Positions 40,683 through 48,273 of a DNA stretch of 56,330 nt are shown piece after piece. This stretch comes from a virus: positions 1-56,330 of IMG/VR virus record IMGVR_UViG_3300011409_000003; one strand, given 5' to 3'. The notes beneath the pieces were generated by a model that ran no database searches, was not told where the DNA came from, and saw only the letters and a program-made list of their open reading frames with translations. The position numbers and the translations under genes are program-made. Each line of letters begins with the position of its first letter. The stretch's first letter is position 1.

Positions 40683-41911
40683 GCAAAGTCCGGTACGGCG
40701 TTCCCTCGCACTCGCCCGCTGCGCGTCGACGTGTCTCGACGATTACGGGTGAGCTGTCGCCCCCGGCAGGGACGACCATCGTTGAAGCCGATGGGGCAGC
40801 GTCAGGTGTGGCGACCGTTCTCAGCGTGGCGGTCGCCATCTGGAATGTGGTCACAGCGGCGGCGGGCATCGCTGCCTCGACCGTCGTTGGCGCGGCGCTC
40901 TGGCTCGCCGTCGCCACGGCTCCCGGGGTGGCGACGGGTGACGCCGCCAGCGCGAGTGTCCTACAGGGGGTCGGCGCAAGTAGTGGTGTGGCCGTTGCTG
41001 CCGCCGATGGTGAGGCTGTCACGGCACCAGCGCAAATCCCCAACCTGCTCATGGCTGGCACGACGGGCACGGTTCGTCGCGCGGTGGCTGCACATTCTCC
41101 CGTCCATCTACAGGATGCGCCGCGCGTCGTGTCGAGCGTCCTCATTGGGGCGATCACCGAGGCGGAGGCGACTGCATCGGGCACTGCTGCCGGCGCCGCT
41201 GTTGGGTCCACTGTTGTCACCGCTGAGGCGGCGAGCGCAGGCGTAGCGGTTGGGTCGGCCGAGGGCGCGGACGCGGCCTCCGGGGGCCAAGGCGTTGCGA
41301 GCGGGACCTCGACGGCATCTGCTGTCGGCGTTGCTACTGTCGGCGTGCAGGTGAGCAGTGCGGGCACGGCAACCGTGCTCGCGTCAAGCGCCACGGTCAC
41401 GGTGGCTGCGGGCGCCTCAGTCGGGACGGCGGCCGCACAAGCGGATGGCGTGGACGCCGCCGCAGGGTCCAATGCTCTCGCGTCTGGGACCGCGCAGGCG
41501 TCCGCTGTTAGCGGCGTCACGGCGGGGTCGGAAGCGAGCGCGTCGGGGGTCGCGACCGTTGTCGGCGTTGCGGACGCGCCGCCCTCGGTGGAAAGTGGTT
41601 CGGGGGGTCGCGCACGCTTCCGCCCGTCGCGCCGGTTAGCACGCGTCACGCTTCAGCTCGAGATGCCGTCGCCTACCGTGTTGGTGCGCGGGTGGGCGAT
41701 CGGTCCCGCGCACGCCTCGGTTGCGATTCGCTGGCCTACACCGCTTGTTGCTGTGACGGGCCGAAGTATCCCCGCCTTTCGCGTTGGCGTTCGGATCGAG
41801 CTCGGTCTCGTGTTGCGCGGTGAGGTACGCGTTCGTACAGAGCCGCCAGAGTTCGACCTGAGCGACGACGCGTTGCTGTTCCTCGCGGACCAGTTCTTCG
41901 CCAATGGCTAG
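40679..41911 (+). CDS. Ala/Gly/Val/Ser/Thr-rich repeat protein with globular C-terminal domain
   Basis: ATGA-coupled start; about 300 aa of degenerate ASGVATV / AAGxAVG-type repeats, then RFRPSRRLARVTLQLEM...FLADQFFANG. Confidence 0.5.
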   Translation: MSKVRYGVPSHSPAARRRVSTITGELSPPAGTTIVEADGAASGVATVLSVAVAIWNVVTAAAGIAASTVVGAALWLAVATAPGVATGDAASASVLQGVGASSGVAVAAADGEAVTAPAQIPNLLMAGTTGTVRRAVAAHSPVHLQDAPRVVSSVLIGAITEAEATASGTAAGAAVGSTVVTAEAASAGVAVGSAEGADAASGGQGVASGTSTASAVGVATVGVQVSSAGTATVLASSATVTVAAGASVGTAAAQADGVDAAAGSNALASGTAQASAVSGVTAGSEASASGVATVVGVADAPPSVESGSGGRARFRPSRRLARVTLQLEMPSPTVLVRGWAIGPAHASVAIRWPTPLVAVTGRSIPAFRVGVRIELGLVLRGEVRVRTEPPEFDLSDDALLFLADQFFANG

Positions 41912-43853
41912 GCGCACGGCGCCGGCGTCGTACCGTCTGGCGCAGCGCCAGGCGCGCGCGATCGAGCGCGATCTCTTGTCACGTGTGGCCGGCCAGATCG
42001 ACCGCGCCCTGCTGCAATCGACACAGCGGCTCGAGGCCTTGCTGCTCCGGCTCCCAGGCACGACGCCGGAGGCCCGCCTTCGCGCCCTTCGCGCCTCGGC
42101 CGACGTGTTCCGGTTCCAGCGCCAGCGGCTCGTGCAGCAGATGGAACGCGCGCTCGCGGCGGGACGGAGGACGAGTTACGCCGACGTCATCGCGGCTTGG
42201 CAGGACGCGGCCAAGCGGGCCGCTACCGCGGTGGGGCTCCCGAATGCGGCGCTCGGTGCCGTCCTAACGCCACGGACCACGCTGCTCGCCGTCTATGAGA
42301 ACACGGGTGGCGCGAAGCTGTTTCGCTCACTTCTGTCGCGGGCCGCCGCGGACGGATTCCGTGCCGTGGACGATATCCTGCGGGCTGGGATCCTTGAAGG
42401 GAAGTCGTTTGAGGTGTTGGCGCGCGAACTCCGGCCGTTTGTGAAGGGCGCGGTTGAGGGGGGCGCGGGTGGCGGGGCGACTGCCGCTGCGGCGTTCCGG
42501 ACGGTGCGGTTCAATGCGACCCGGATCGCGTATTCCGAGATTCACAACGCCAGGGCCGAGGCCGAGGTGCAGCACTTCGCCGAGGATCCCTTAATCGAGG
42601 CGGTGGCCTGGCGGCTCTCCCCGGACCGAGGCACGAATCGCGGACCGGACGCCTGCGATGCGCTGGCCGAGAACGACTTCTATGGGCTCGGCCCGGGGGT
42701 GTATCCCGTGGACGCCGTGCCGCTTCCGCCACACCCGTTCGACAGGTCGCTCGCGGCGTGGACGCCAGTGCTGACCGAGACGGGATGGCGTCGTGTGGAT
42801 CAGGTGCGTGTGGGGGAGCGCGTGCTGACACACCGAGGGCGCTGGTGTGCGGTTAGCGAGAGCTTGGCGGGGCGGGTTACGGGCGGGTGGATGCGGTTGC
42901 GTACTGCGGACGGGCGACTGCTTGAACTGACAGACGACCATCCGGTGCTCTTGGCGTCAGGCCGCTGGACGCTCGCGGGCAACTTGCTGGCGGGTGACTT
43001 CCTCGTAGCAACTCGTGATCTGCCCGACCACGTTGGCGAGCCAGGCGTTGGTCCCGGGGCGGCACGTACTCCAGAGATGCTGGCGGTCGAAGACGTGAAG
43101 CGTCCATCCCGCAGCTTGAAGCGCGGCGGCTTTCTTGGCGTCCTGGCGGCGCTTCTTCGCTGTGCGATGCCAGCCGCCGTGTATCTCAAACGCGAGCCGC
43201 AGCGTCGGCACAGCAAGGTCGATGTTGAAGCGCTTGAAGGGGTACAGCGCTTCGGCGGGAACGCCGTTGCCGCGAAGGCCGTCAAGCACGGCGCGTTCGT
43301 AGGCGCTGAGGCGTTGGTTGCCGTAGACGGTGCGGGCGCGCTTGCAACATATGGCTTCGGTTTGAGTGCTGCCGGTGAACAAGCGGCGGCACAGCTTGGC
43401 CCGCCGGCGCCGCTCGGCGGGCGTCATGCGCTCCCCGACCAGGGCGTTGGCTTCGTGTTGTCCGCGCCGGGGGATGCCCCATTCAGCCAACCGAGCGCGA
43501 ATGGTGCCACGGTCCACGGCACAACGCCGCGCCACCTCGGCTTCGCTGAGGCGCTCGTTGACATACCAGTGAGTGACTTGGTTCCGGTCCAATTGGTGGC
43601 GGTTCATACACTGAGAGTATACGCCCGTCGATACTGTTTGACCGTTGCGAATGACAAGTCTTTTGTCGCGGGCGGTCTTGTTGTCCACAACTGCGAGCGC
43701 GTGCCTATAACGCGCCCGCTCGCGCGCGCGAATGACCCGAAGCCGTCGCCAGGGCGCCAGTCCGGCAAGGTAGAGGTGCCCCGTGGTGGGCAGTTGAGCG
43801 CGGCGGCGCTTCAATCCGTGGAGCAAAGTACCCGGGCGGCGCTGACCCGGTAG
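41904..43853 (+). CDS. SPP1 gp7 / Mu F-like head morphogenesis protein interrupted by an intein
   Basis: RFNATRIAYSEIHNARAEAE...PDACDALA...PLPPHPFDR | intein | CERVPI; excising 42747..43691 restores HPFDRC, which aligns to the family HPxCRC motif. Confidence 0.75.
   Translation: MARRTAPASYRLAQRQARAIERDLLSRVAGQIDRALLQSTQRLEALLLRLPGTTPEARLRALRASADVFRFQRQRLVQQMERALAAGRRTSYADVIAAWQDAAKRAATAVGLPNAALGAVLTPRTTLLAVYENTGGAKLFRSLLSRAAADGFRAVDDILRAGILEGKSFEVLARELRPFVKGAVEGGAGGGATAAAAFRTVRFNATRIAYSEIHNARAEAEVQHFAEDPLIEAVAWRLSPDRGTNRGPDACDALAENDFYGLGPGVYPVDAVPLPPHPFDRSLAAWTPVLTETGWRRVDQVRVGERVLTHRGRWCAVSESLAGRVTGGWMRLRTADGRLLELTDDHPVLLASGRWTLAGNLLAGDFLVATRDLPDHVGEPGVGPGAARTPEMLAVEDVKRPSRSLKRGGFLGVLAALLRCAMPAAVYLKREPQRRHSKVDVEALEGVQRFGGNAVAAKAVKHGAFVGAEALVAVDGAGALATYGFGLSAAGEQAAAQLGPPAPLGGRHALPDQGVGFVLSAPGDAPFSQPSANGATVHGTTPRHLGFAEALVDIPVSDLVPVQLVAVHTLRVYARRYCLTVANDKSFVAGGLVVHNCERVPITRPLARANDPKPSPGRQSGKVEVPRGGQLSAAALQSVEQSTRAALTR
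42957..43607 (-). CDS. Antisense-encoded homing-endonuclease-like protein inside the intein (HTH plus Vsr/DUF559-like PD-(D/E)XK)
   Basis: ATG 43607: MNRHQLDRNQ...LSEAEVARRCAVDRGTIRARLAEWGI (HTH)...YPFKRFNIDLAVPTLRLAFEIHGGWH...AAGWTLHVF (DUF559-like core). The promoter-like motif sits immediately upstream. Confidence 0.6.
   Translation of the reverse strand: MNRHQLDRNQVTHWYVNERLSEAEVARRCAVDRGTIRARLAEWGIPRRGQHEANALVGERMTPAERRRRAKLCRRLFTGSTQTEAICCKRARTVYGNQRLSAYERAVLDGLRGNGVPAEALYPFKRFNIDLAVPTLRLAFEIHGGWHRTAKKRRQDAKKAAALQAAGWTLHVFDRQHLWSTCRPGTNAWLANVVGQITSCYEEVTRQQVARERPAA
43613..43626 (-). promoter_or_regulatory. Copy of the promoter-like motif (minus strand GGGCGTATACTCTC) inside the intein
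   Basis: TATACT ends 8 nt before antisense ATG 43607, implying a leaderless transcript. Confidence 0.5.
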
Positions 43854-43890
43854 TCAGAGGCAGGCCCCACCGGCGGCGTTTTCACCTCGG

Positions 43891-43905
43891 CGGCGTATTC
43901 TCTCC
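43891..43905 (+). promoter_or_regulatory. Copy of the promoter-like motif CGGCGTATTCTCTCC
   Basis: Intergenic 43854..44003, upstream of the scaffold and coat genes. Confidence 0.5.
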
Positions 43906-44003
43906 GTAGACAAGCGTAGCGTTCCCACCCCTCCCGCTCAGGGCTCATCGAGCGCGGCCTACCGCTGGGTTCTCAGCGCGATCAATCCAAGGGATCAGCC
44001 ACC

Positions 44004-44789
44004 ATGAAGGTGCAAGGCACTGCCGCCGATGGGAAAACCATCGAGGTGGAAGTCACGGGCGTAGTCGCCGAGGCAGACATCGCGGCGAAGTACATCCCGA
44101 AAGAGTCAGTCACACAGATCGTGCAGGACCGTCTGACGCAGTTTGCTCGCGGTCACGTCAAGATCGAAGGCCTCGATGAGGCCGGTAAGCGAAAACTCGC
44201 GATTGAAACGCTCGGGCTGAAACTCGCCGGTGATGGCGAAGCAACGAGCGATATCGGGAAGCAGATCACGCAGGCCAAGTCGCAGTGGGCCAAGGAAGAG
44301 CTGGAGCCGGTCCTCGCACGCGAGACGGCCGCCAAGGGTGAAGTCGAGACGCTTCGGCGCAGCCAACTCAAAGCAGCGATTCGCGCCGCAGGCGCCCGGT
44401 TCTTCAAAGACGTGTTACTCACGCCGCCGGTCGCCGGCGCCAGTTCGCCGCTCGAGACAATGCTTGAGCCGGCGCACGGTTTCAATGAGTCGACGCGCAG
44501 CTGGCACGTGAAGGGCGCAGATGGCTTCGCGATTTCGTCCGACCCGCAGAAGTACGGGGTCTACAAGACACCCGAAGAGGCGGTCGCCGAGCTCGCAAAG
44601 AATCCGGCATACAAGGACTTCCTCCGCGTGGAAACGCAAGACGGTCCAGGACTGCAGGGCGGTGGGACCGGCGGCGAAGGACGGATCGTGCTGACGCGCG
44701 AACAGGCGGGCAATGCCGTCGTGTACGCGGACGCACTGAAGAAGGTCGGCGGGGATCATGCCCGCCTCGTCGTAAACGAAGCGGCTTAA
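44004..44789 (+). CDS. Scaffolding protein candidate
   Basis: 261 aa; charged and helical (KSQWAKEELEPVLARETAAKGEVETLRRSQLKAAI); immediately upstream of the coat gene. Confidence 0.55.
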   Translation: MKVQGTAADGKTIEVEVTGVVAEADIAAKYIPKESVTQIVQDRLTQFARGHVKIEGLDEAGKRKLAIETLGLKLAGDGEATSDIGKQITQAKSQWAKEELEPVLARETAAKGEVETLRRSQLKAAIRAAGARFFKDVLLTPPVAGASSPLETMLEPAHGFNESTRSWHVKGADGFAISSDPQKYGVYKTPEEAVAELAKNPAYKDFLRVETQDGPGLQGGGTGGEGRIVLTREQAGNAVVYADALKKVGGDHARLVVNEAA

Positions 44790-44859
44790 AACATCGATCG
44801 GCCAAAAGGGTCCGATCAAGAACGTAACTGATCGGCCCGAATAGGGCGGGAGCTTTCAA

Positions 44860-45990
44860 GTGGCAAACGTGTTGACTTCGGGTCTAGCGTATAACCCGTA
44901 CTTCTATCCCAATGAGGCGCTGCGCATTCTGTACAAGCGCCTCGGTATGGCGTTCTACGTCAAGCGCGATCTCGCGGCCGGCAAGGGCTCTGGGACTGGC
45001 GACACCGTGCAGGTCAAGCGGGCGTCAACGTTCTCGGCCGCCAACATGCCGATCGCGGAAGCGTCCTTCGCGGACGTGCAGCCGCAGTACGACAACCTCC
45101 TCATCAGCTCGTGGATGGGTCAGGGCTTCAAGCTGACCGATAAGGAGCGGACGTTGTCGCCGGCGCAGTTCGTGAGCGACCACATCGCGCCCGTGGCAAA
45201 CTCCATCGCTGATCAGATCGACCAGAATCTCGCGGGTCTGGCGCTGGAGTGTCCGTGGCAGGTGCTGGCGGACGCGACCAATCCGTACAAGGACTTCCCG
45301 AACGGCCGCAAGGTTCTGCTCGACAACAAGAACCCCGTGATCAACGCGGCCGAGTACAGCTACCAGACGGACTCGGTGCTGCAGGCTCGGTACGAGACTG
45401 ACGCGACCTTCGCGCAGGCTCAGTCCGATGCTGAGAGCGGCGAGTTGCAGCGCTCTGGTCAGCTCGGGTCTAAGTGGGGCTTCCGCATCTTCCCGAACCA
45501 GAACGCAGTCACCAAGCCGGCGGATTCGTCCACCGGCGGCGCGACGGTTACTGGTGTCAACGCGAAGGACGCGGCGGTCCTCAACGTCGCAACGCTGACG
45601 GGTACGCTGAAGCGCGGCACGACCTTTACGATCGCGGGCTTCTCGCAGGCGTACGCCGTAACGGCTGACGCGGTGGGCGGCACGGTCATTTCGATCTCTC
45701 CGAAGCTGCAGGTTGCGACGGCGGGTGCCGAAGCGATCACCTACGACAGGACGGCGCGCACGTCGGTCGGCCTCATGTTCCACCGCGAAGCTTTCGCGCT
45801 GGTCATGCAGCCGCTCGAGGATGCGGGTCCGGGCATCATCTCCTCAACCGTGGTCGATGAAGTGACCGGCCTGAGCTTGCGGTTCCGTATCTGGGGTTCC
45901 GGCGGTCTCGGTGCCACCATCTGGGCGCTCGACGCTCTGTGGGGCTACAAGACGCTGAATCCGAACCTCGCGGTCAAAGTCGTCATCTAA
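44860..45990 (+). CDS. Major capsid protein (P22 coat-like family)
   Basis: 376 aa; N-terminal EALRILYKRLGMAFYVKRDLAAG...GDTVQVKRASTFSA pattern; followed by a strong terminator. Confidence 0.7.
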   Translation: MANVLTSGLAYNPYFYPNEALRILYKRLGMAFYVKRDLAAGKGSGTGDTVQVKRASTFSAANMPIAEASFADVQPQYDNLLISSWMGQGFKLTDKERTLSPAQFVSDHIAPVANSIADQIDQNLAGLALECPWQVLADATNPYKDFPNGRKVLLDNKNPVINAAEYSYQTDSVLQARYETDATFAQAQSDAESGELQRSGQLGSKWGFRIFPNQNAVTKPADSSTGGATVTGVNAKDAAVLNVATLTGTLKRGTTFTIAGFSQAYAVTADAVGGTVISISPKLQVATAGAEAITYDRTARTSVGLMFHREAFALVMQPLEDAGPGIISSTVVDEVTGLSLRFRIWGSGGLGATIWALDALWGYKTLNPNLAVKVVI

Positions 45991-46013
45991 GCTGACGGCT
46001 TAACGCAAAAACC

Positions 46014-46056
46014 CGAAGGGCGGACGGTCTCAAGCCGCCCGCCCTTCGTTGCTTTT
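46014..46056 (+). terminator. Rho-independent terminator after the coat gene
   Basis: cgaagggcggacgg / gccgcccgcccttcg stem (one mismatch) followed by ttgctttt. Confidence 0.75.
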
Positions 46057-46064
46057 GGGGATAA

Positions 46065-46535
46065 ATGGCCACGTACTTCGACGCGACGGTGCAGGGCGAC
46101 AAAGACTTACTGCCGTTCGCGGCCCGGTCGAACGCCGACCTCGTCAAGATCGCGGCGCGCGTCGAGCGGGAAGTCATCAACGAGTACACGGAGCGCGCGC
46201 ACTACATGACGTATACCGCGCGCGCCGATTCGTTGGAGGGGACGCCCGAGCTCGTCAATTCGGCGCTCAGTCTGTACGTCTATCTCCGCGGCTACAAAGT
46301 TGATGCGGCCGATGCGGCCGTGGACGCAAGCCTCAAAGTCGCGCTGAAGAACGAGATCGCGGACACGATTGCGTGGCGGATCGCGAAGAATGCGATCAAC
46401 CCGCTGACGACGTCGGAAGCGGACGGAAGCGGGAAGAGTCAATCGCTGCACCCGAATGCGGTCAATCTGTTTCCGCCCGGCTTTGGTCGCTGGCTCCGGG
46501 CCTTCGATATCCGAGAAGTCTGCTGGGGCTCGTAA
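46065..46535 (+). CDS. Head-tail connector/adaptor candidate
   Basis: 156 aa; first gene after the coat terminator. Confidence 0.4.
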   Translation: MATYFDATVQGDKDLLPFAARSNADLVKIAARVEREVINEYTERAHYMTYTARADSLEGTPELVNSALSLYVYLRGYKVDAADAAVDASLKVALKNEIADTIAWRIAKNAINPLTTSEADGSGKSQSLHPNAVNLFPPGFGRWLRAFDIREVCWGS

Positions 46536-46538
46536 CCC

Positions 46539-47009
46539 GTGGCTGAACCGTGGGCGACCGTCAGCATTGGGCCGGCGCTGTCGCTGCTCGAGCGAATGGG
46601 TCGGAGGGCCGCGAATCTGCGGCCGGTACTCGATGGCCCGATCGCAAACGCGATCCACGGGTTCTTCGAGAAGCGGTTCGCAACCGAGGGCGCATACGGC
46701 GGCGAGAAGTGGGCGCCGCTTGCAGCGAAGACGTTGTACTGGCGGGCGCAGCACAACCGGAGCGGTATGCCGCTCCTGCAGTTCATGCGTGACCTCTGGT
46801 CCTCGCTGGTGAAACGGAGTAGCCCGCTAGGCTACCGTGTCGCAACCGATGCCTCGCTGTTGCTGGGTTCATCGGTGCAGCACGCAGACGAGCATCAGAC
46901 GGGAACGGCGCGGATGCCCGCGCGCAAGATCGTCCCCGATGAGATACCGGACGCGGATCGGCAGAGCTGGGCTGAAATGATTGTGACCCATCTGGAGGCG
47001 ACCGCGTGA
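46539..47009 (+). CDS. Virion morphogenesis / head-tail joining protein (Mu gpG / HK97 gp10-like pattern)
   Basis: ANLRPVLDGPIANAIHGFFEKRFATEGAYGGEKWAPLAAKT... Confidence 0.5.
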   Translation: MAEPWATVSIGPALSLLERMGRRAANLRPVLDGPIANAIHGFFEKRFATEGAYGGEKWAPLAAKTLYWRAQHNRSGMPLLQFMRDLWSSLVKRSSPLGYRVATDASLLLGSSVQHADEHQTGTARMPARKIVPDEIPDADRQSWAEMIVTHLEATA

Positions 47010-47563
47010 GACTTGAACTGCTGCGCATGGCCGCCGACTGGTTGAAGAACCCGACGTACGGGATCAACGCCAAGATCCCCGGGGTCGAGCGCGATGCAGG
47101 CGATGCAGTACCGCCCAACATCGCAGCATGGACGCCCGGTGACGGTGGCGCGGCGACGATCGCCGTGTTCGACCAGGCAGATCACGAATGGGTGCTGGAG
47201 AAGGAAGCGCCGCCTGCTGTGCCGGCGATTTACGTCGTCTGTGAACTGCCGATCGAGATGGACGGGGAAGTGATGACGATTCAGCGGCGAACCTCGCGCG
47301 ATGTCCCGGTGATGCTGTTCTACATCACGGACAATTCGGACAAGGCGCGGGCGCTGCGCGACGGAGAGTACACGCTGCGCGCGGCCGCGCGGAGTTGGCG
47401 CGAGTTGATGAAGAACGCGAACGACGCGGCGCGAACGCGAAACAATATCTGCCTTGAAGTGGCGAAGAAGGCAACGTACGTGCCGGTGTCGGAGAAGGTC
47501 GGTTCCTATCGAGCCGCTGGCGCGCTCGTGATCGATTGTCAGGTGAAGGACGCGAACCCGTGA
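47006..47563 (+). CDS. Tail completion/terminator candidate
   Basis: GTGA-coupled; 185 aa; assigned by position. Confidence 0.35.
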   Translation: MRLELLRMAADWLKNPTYGINAKIPGVERDAGDAVPPNIAAWTPGDGGAATIAVFDQADHEWVLEKEAPPAVPAIYVVCELPIEMDGEVMTIQRRTSRDVPVMLFYITDNSDKARALRDGEYTLRAAARSWRELMKNANDAARTRNNICLEVAKKATYVPVSEKVGSYRAAGALVIDCQVKDANP

Positions 47564-47572
47564 GGAGAAGCC

Positions 47573-47710
47573 ATGCTGTACGTAGTCATCAACGGTGAGA
47601 AGGTGCCGGTCCCGCGTGACATCGACGTTGCGGGCTCTGCCGCGGTGCAGGGGTTCATTGATGGACAGACGGCTCGCATTGCGGCGGAAGCCGAGGAGTC
47701 CGGCGAGTGA
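47573..47710 (+). CDS. Small hypothetical protein (45 aa)
   Basis: Not in the ORF track. GAGGAGAAG before ATG 47573; the stop overlaps the HNH GTG (GTGA). Confidence 0.35.
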   Translation: MLYVVINGEKVPVPRDIDVAGSAAVQGFIDGQTARIAAEAEESGE

Positions 47711-48273
47711 AGAAGGGCAGTTCCGCGTCTCCCGTAATGCGCGCTAAGCTGAGCGCGGCGCATAAAGCGTATTGGGCGAAGGCTACACCAGAGATGCGGG
47801 CCGCGCTGAGTCGGCGGTCGAGCGAGAGTGGGAAGCGGCATTGGGCGACATTGACGCCCCGTGAACGGCATCTTCGCGGCAGGGCGCATACGCTTAATCG
47901 CGGCTCAGGCAAGCGGGCGCGGCCCTTCGGGACGCCTGAATGCAATTATGAGGAGCGGGCGCGGATTCGGTTGGCGGCCGGGGTGTTTGAGCGGTACGGC
48001 CTTTTGCCGGAAGATGAAGCGCGGTTGTTTGAGCGACAGCACGGGCGGTGTGCTCTGTGTTTTACCTCGCTAGTCGTGAGCAGCCAGAAAAAGAATAAGC
48101 TCTACCATATAGATCATGATCACAGCACCGGGCGCGTTCGAGGATTGCTTTGTCCTCTTTGCAATCTTCGCGCAGCTCCAGCACTTGAGCGGTTTGGCGA
48201 AATCGGCGTAGCCTACACTGTGACCACGCCGGTTGACTTGTATCTACAGGCACACGCGGGGATAGCAAATTGA
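47707..48273 (+). CDS. HNH endonuclease, endonuclease VII type, with NUMOD-like repeats
   Basis: CALCFTSLVVSSQKKNKLYHIDHDHSTGRVRGLLCPLCN; SPVMRAKLSAAHKAYW / TPEMRAALSRRSSESGKRHW repeats. Confidence 0.8.
   Translation: MKKGSSASPVMRAKLSAAHKAYWAKATPEMRAALSRRSSESGKRHWATLTPRERHLRGRAHTLNRGSGKRARPFGTPECNYEERARIRLAAGVFERYGLLPEDEARLFERQHGRCALCFTSLVVSSQKKNKLYHIDHDHSTGRVRGLLCPLCNLRAAPALERFGEIGVAYTVTTPVDLYLQAHAGIAN

Larger units (their letters stand above)
42747..43691 (+). mobile_element. Intein (315 codons): Hint N-lobe, non-canonical middle, Hint C-lobe
   Basis: SLAAWTPVLTETG (block A-like), LELTDDHPVLL (block B TxxH), YCLTVANDKSFVAGGLVVHN followed by +1 Cys (blocks F/G). Confidence 0.7.

Noticed and set aside
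40645-41649. 334-aa minus-strand ORF of Ala/Thr/Pro/Val repeats
   Set aside because: It is the mirror of the plus-strand repeat gene. The plus strand has start-stop coupling, operon polarity and a non-repetitive C-terminal domain. The minus-strand ORF has no ribosome-binding site or context. Still flagged as a finding to verify.
43608-43826. N-terminal 73 codons of the listed antisense ORF 42957..43826
   Set aside because: This part is Arg-rich with no features, and it would overlap the C-extein of the MuF gene. The promoter-like motif and the first domain-bearing sequence point to ATG 43607 as the start.
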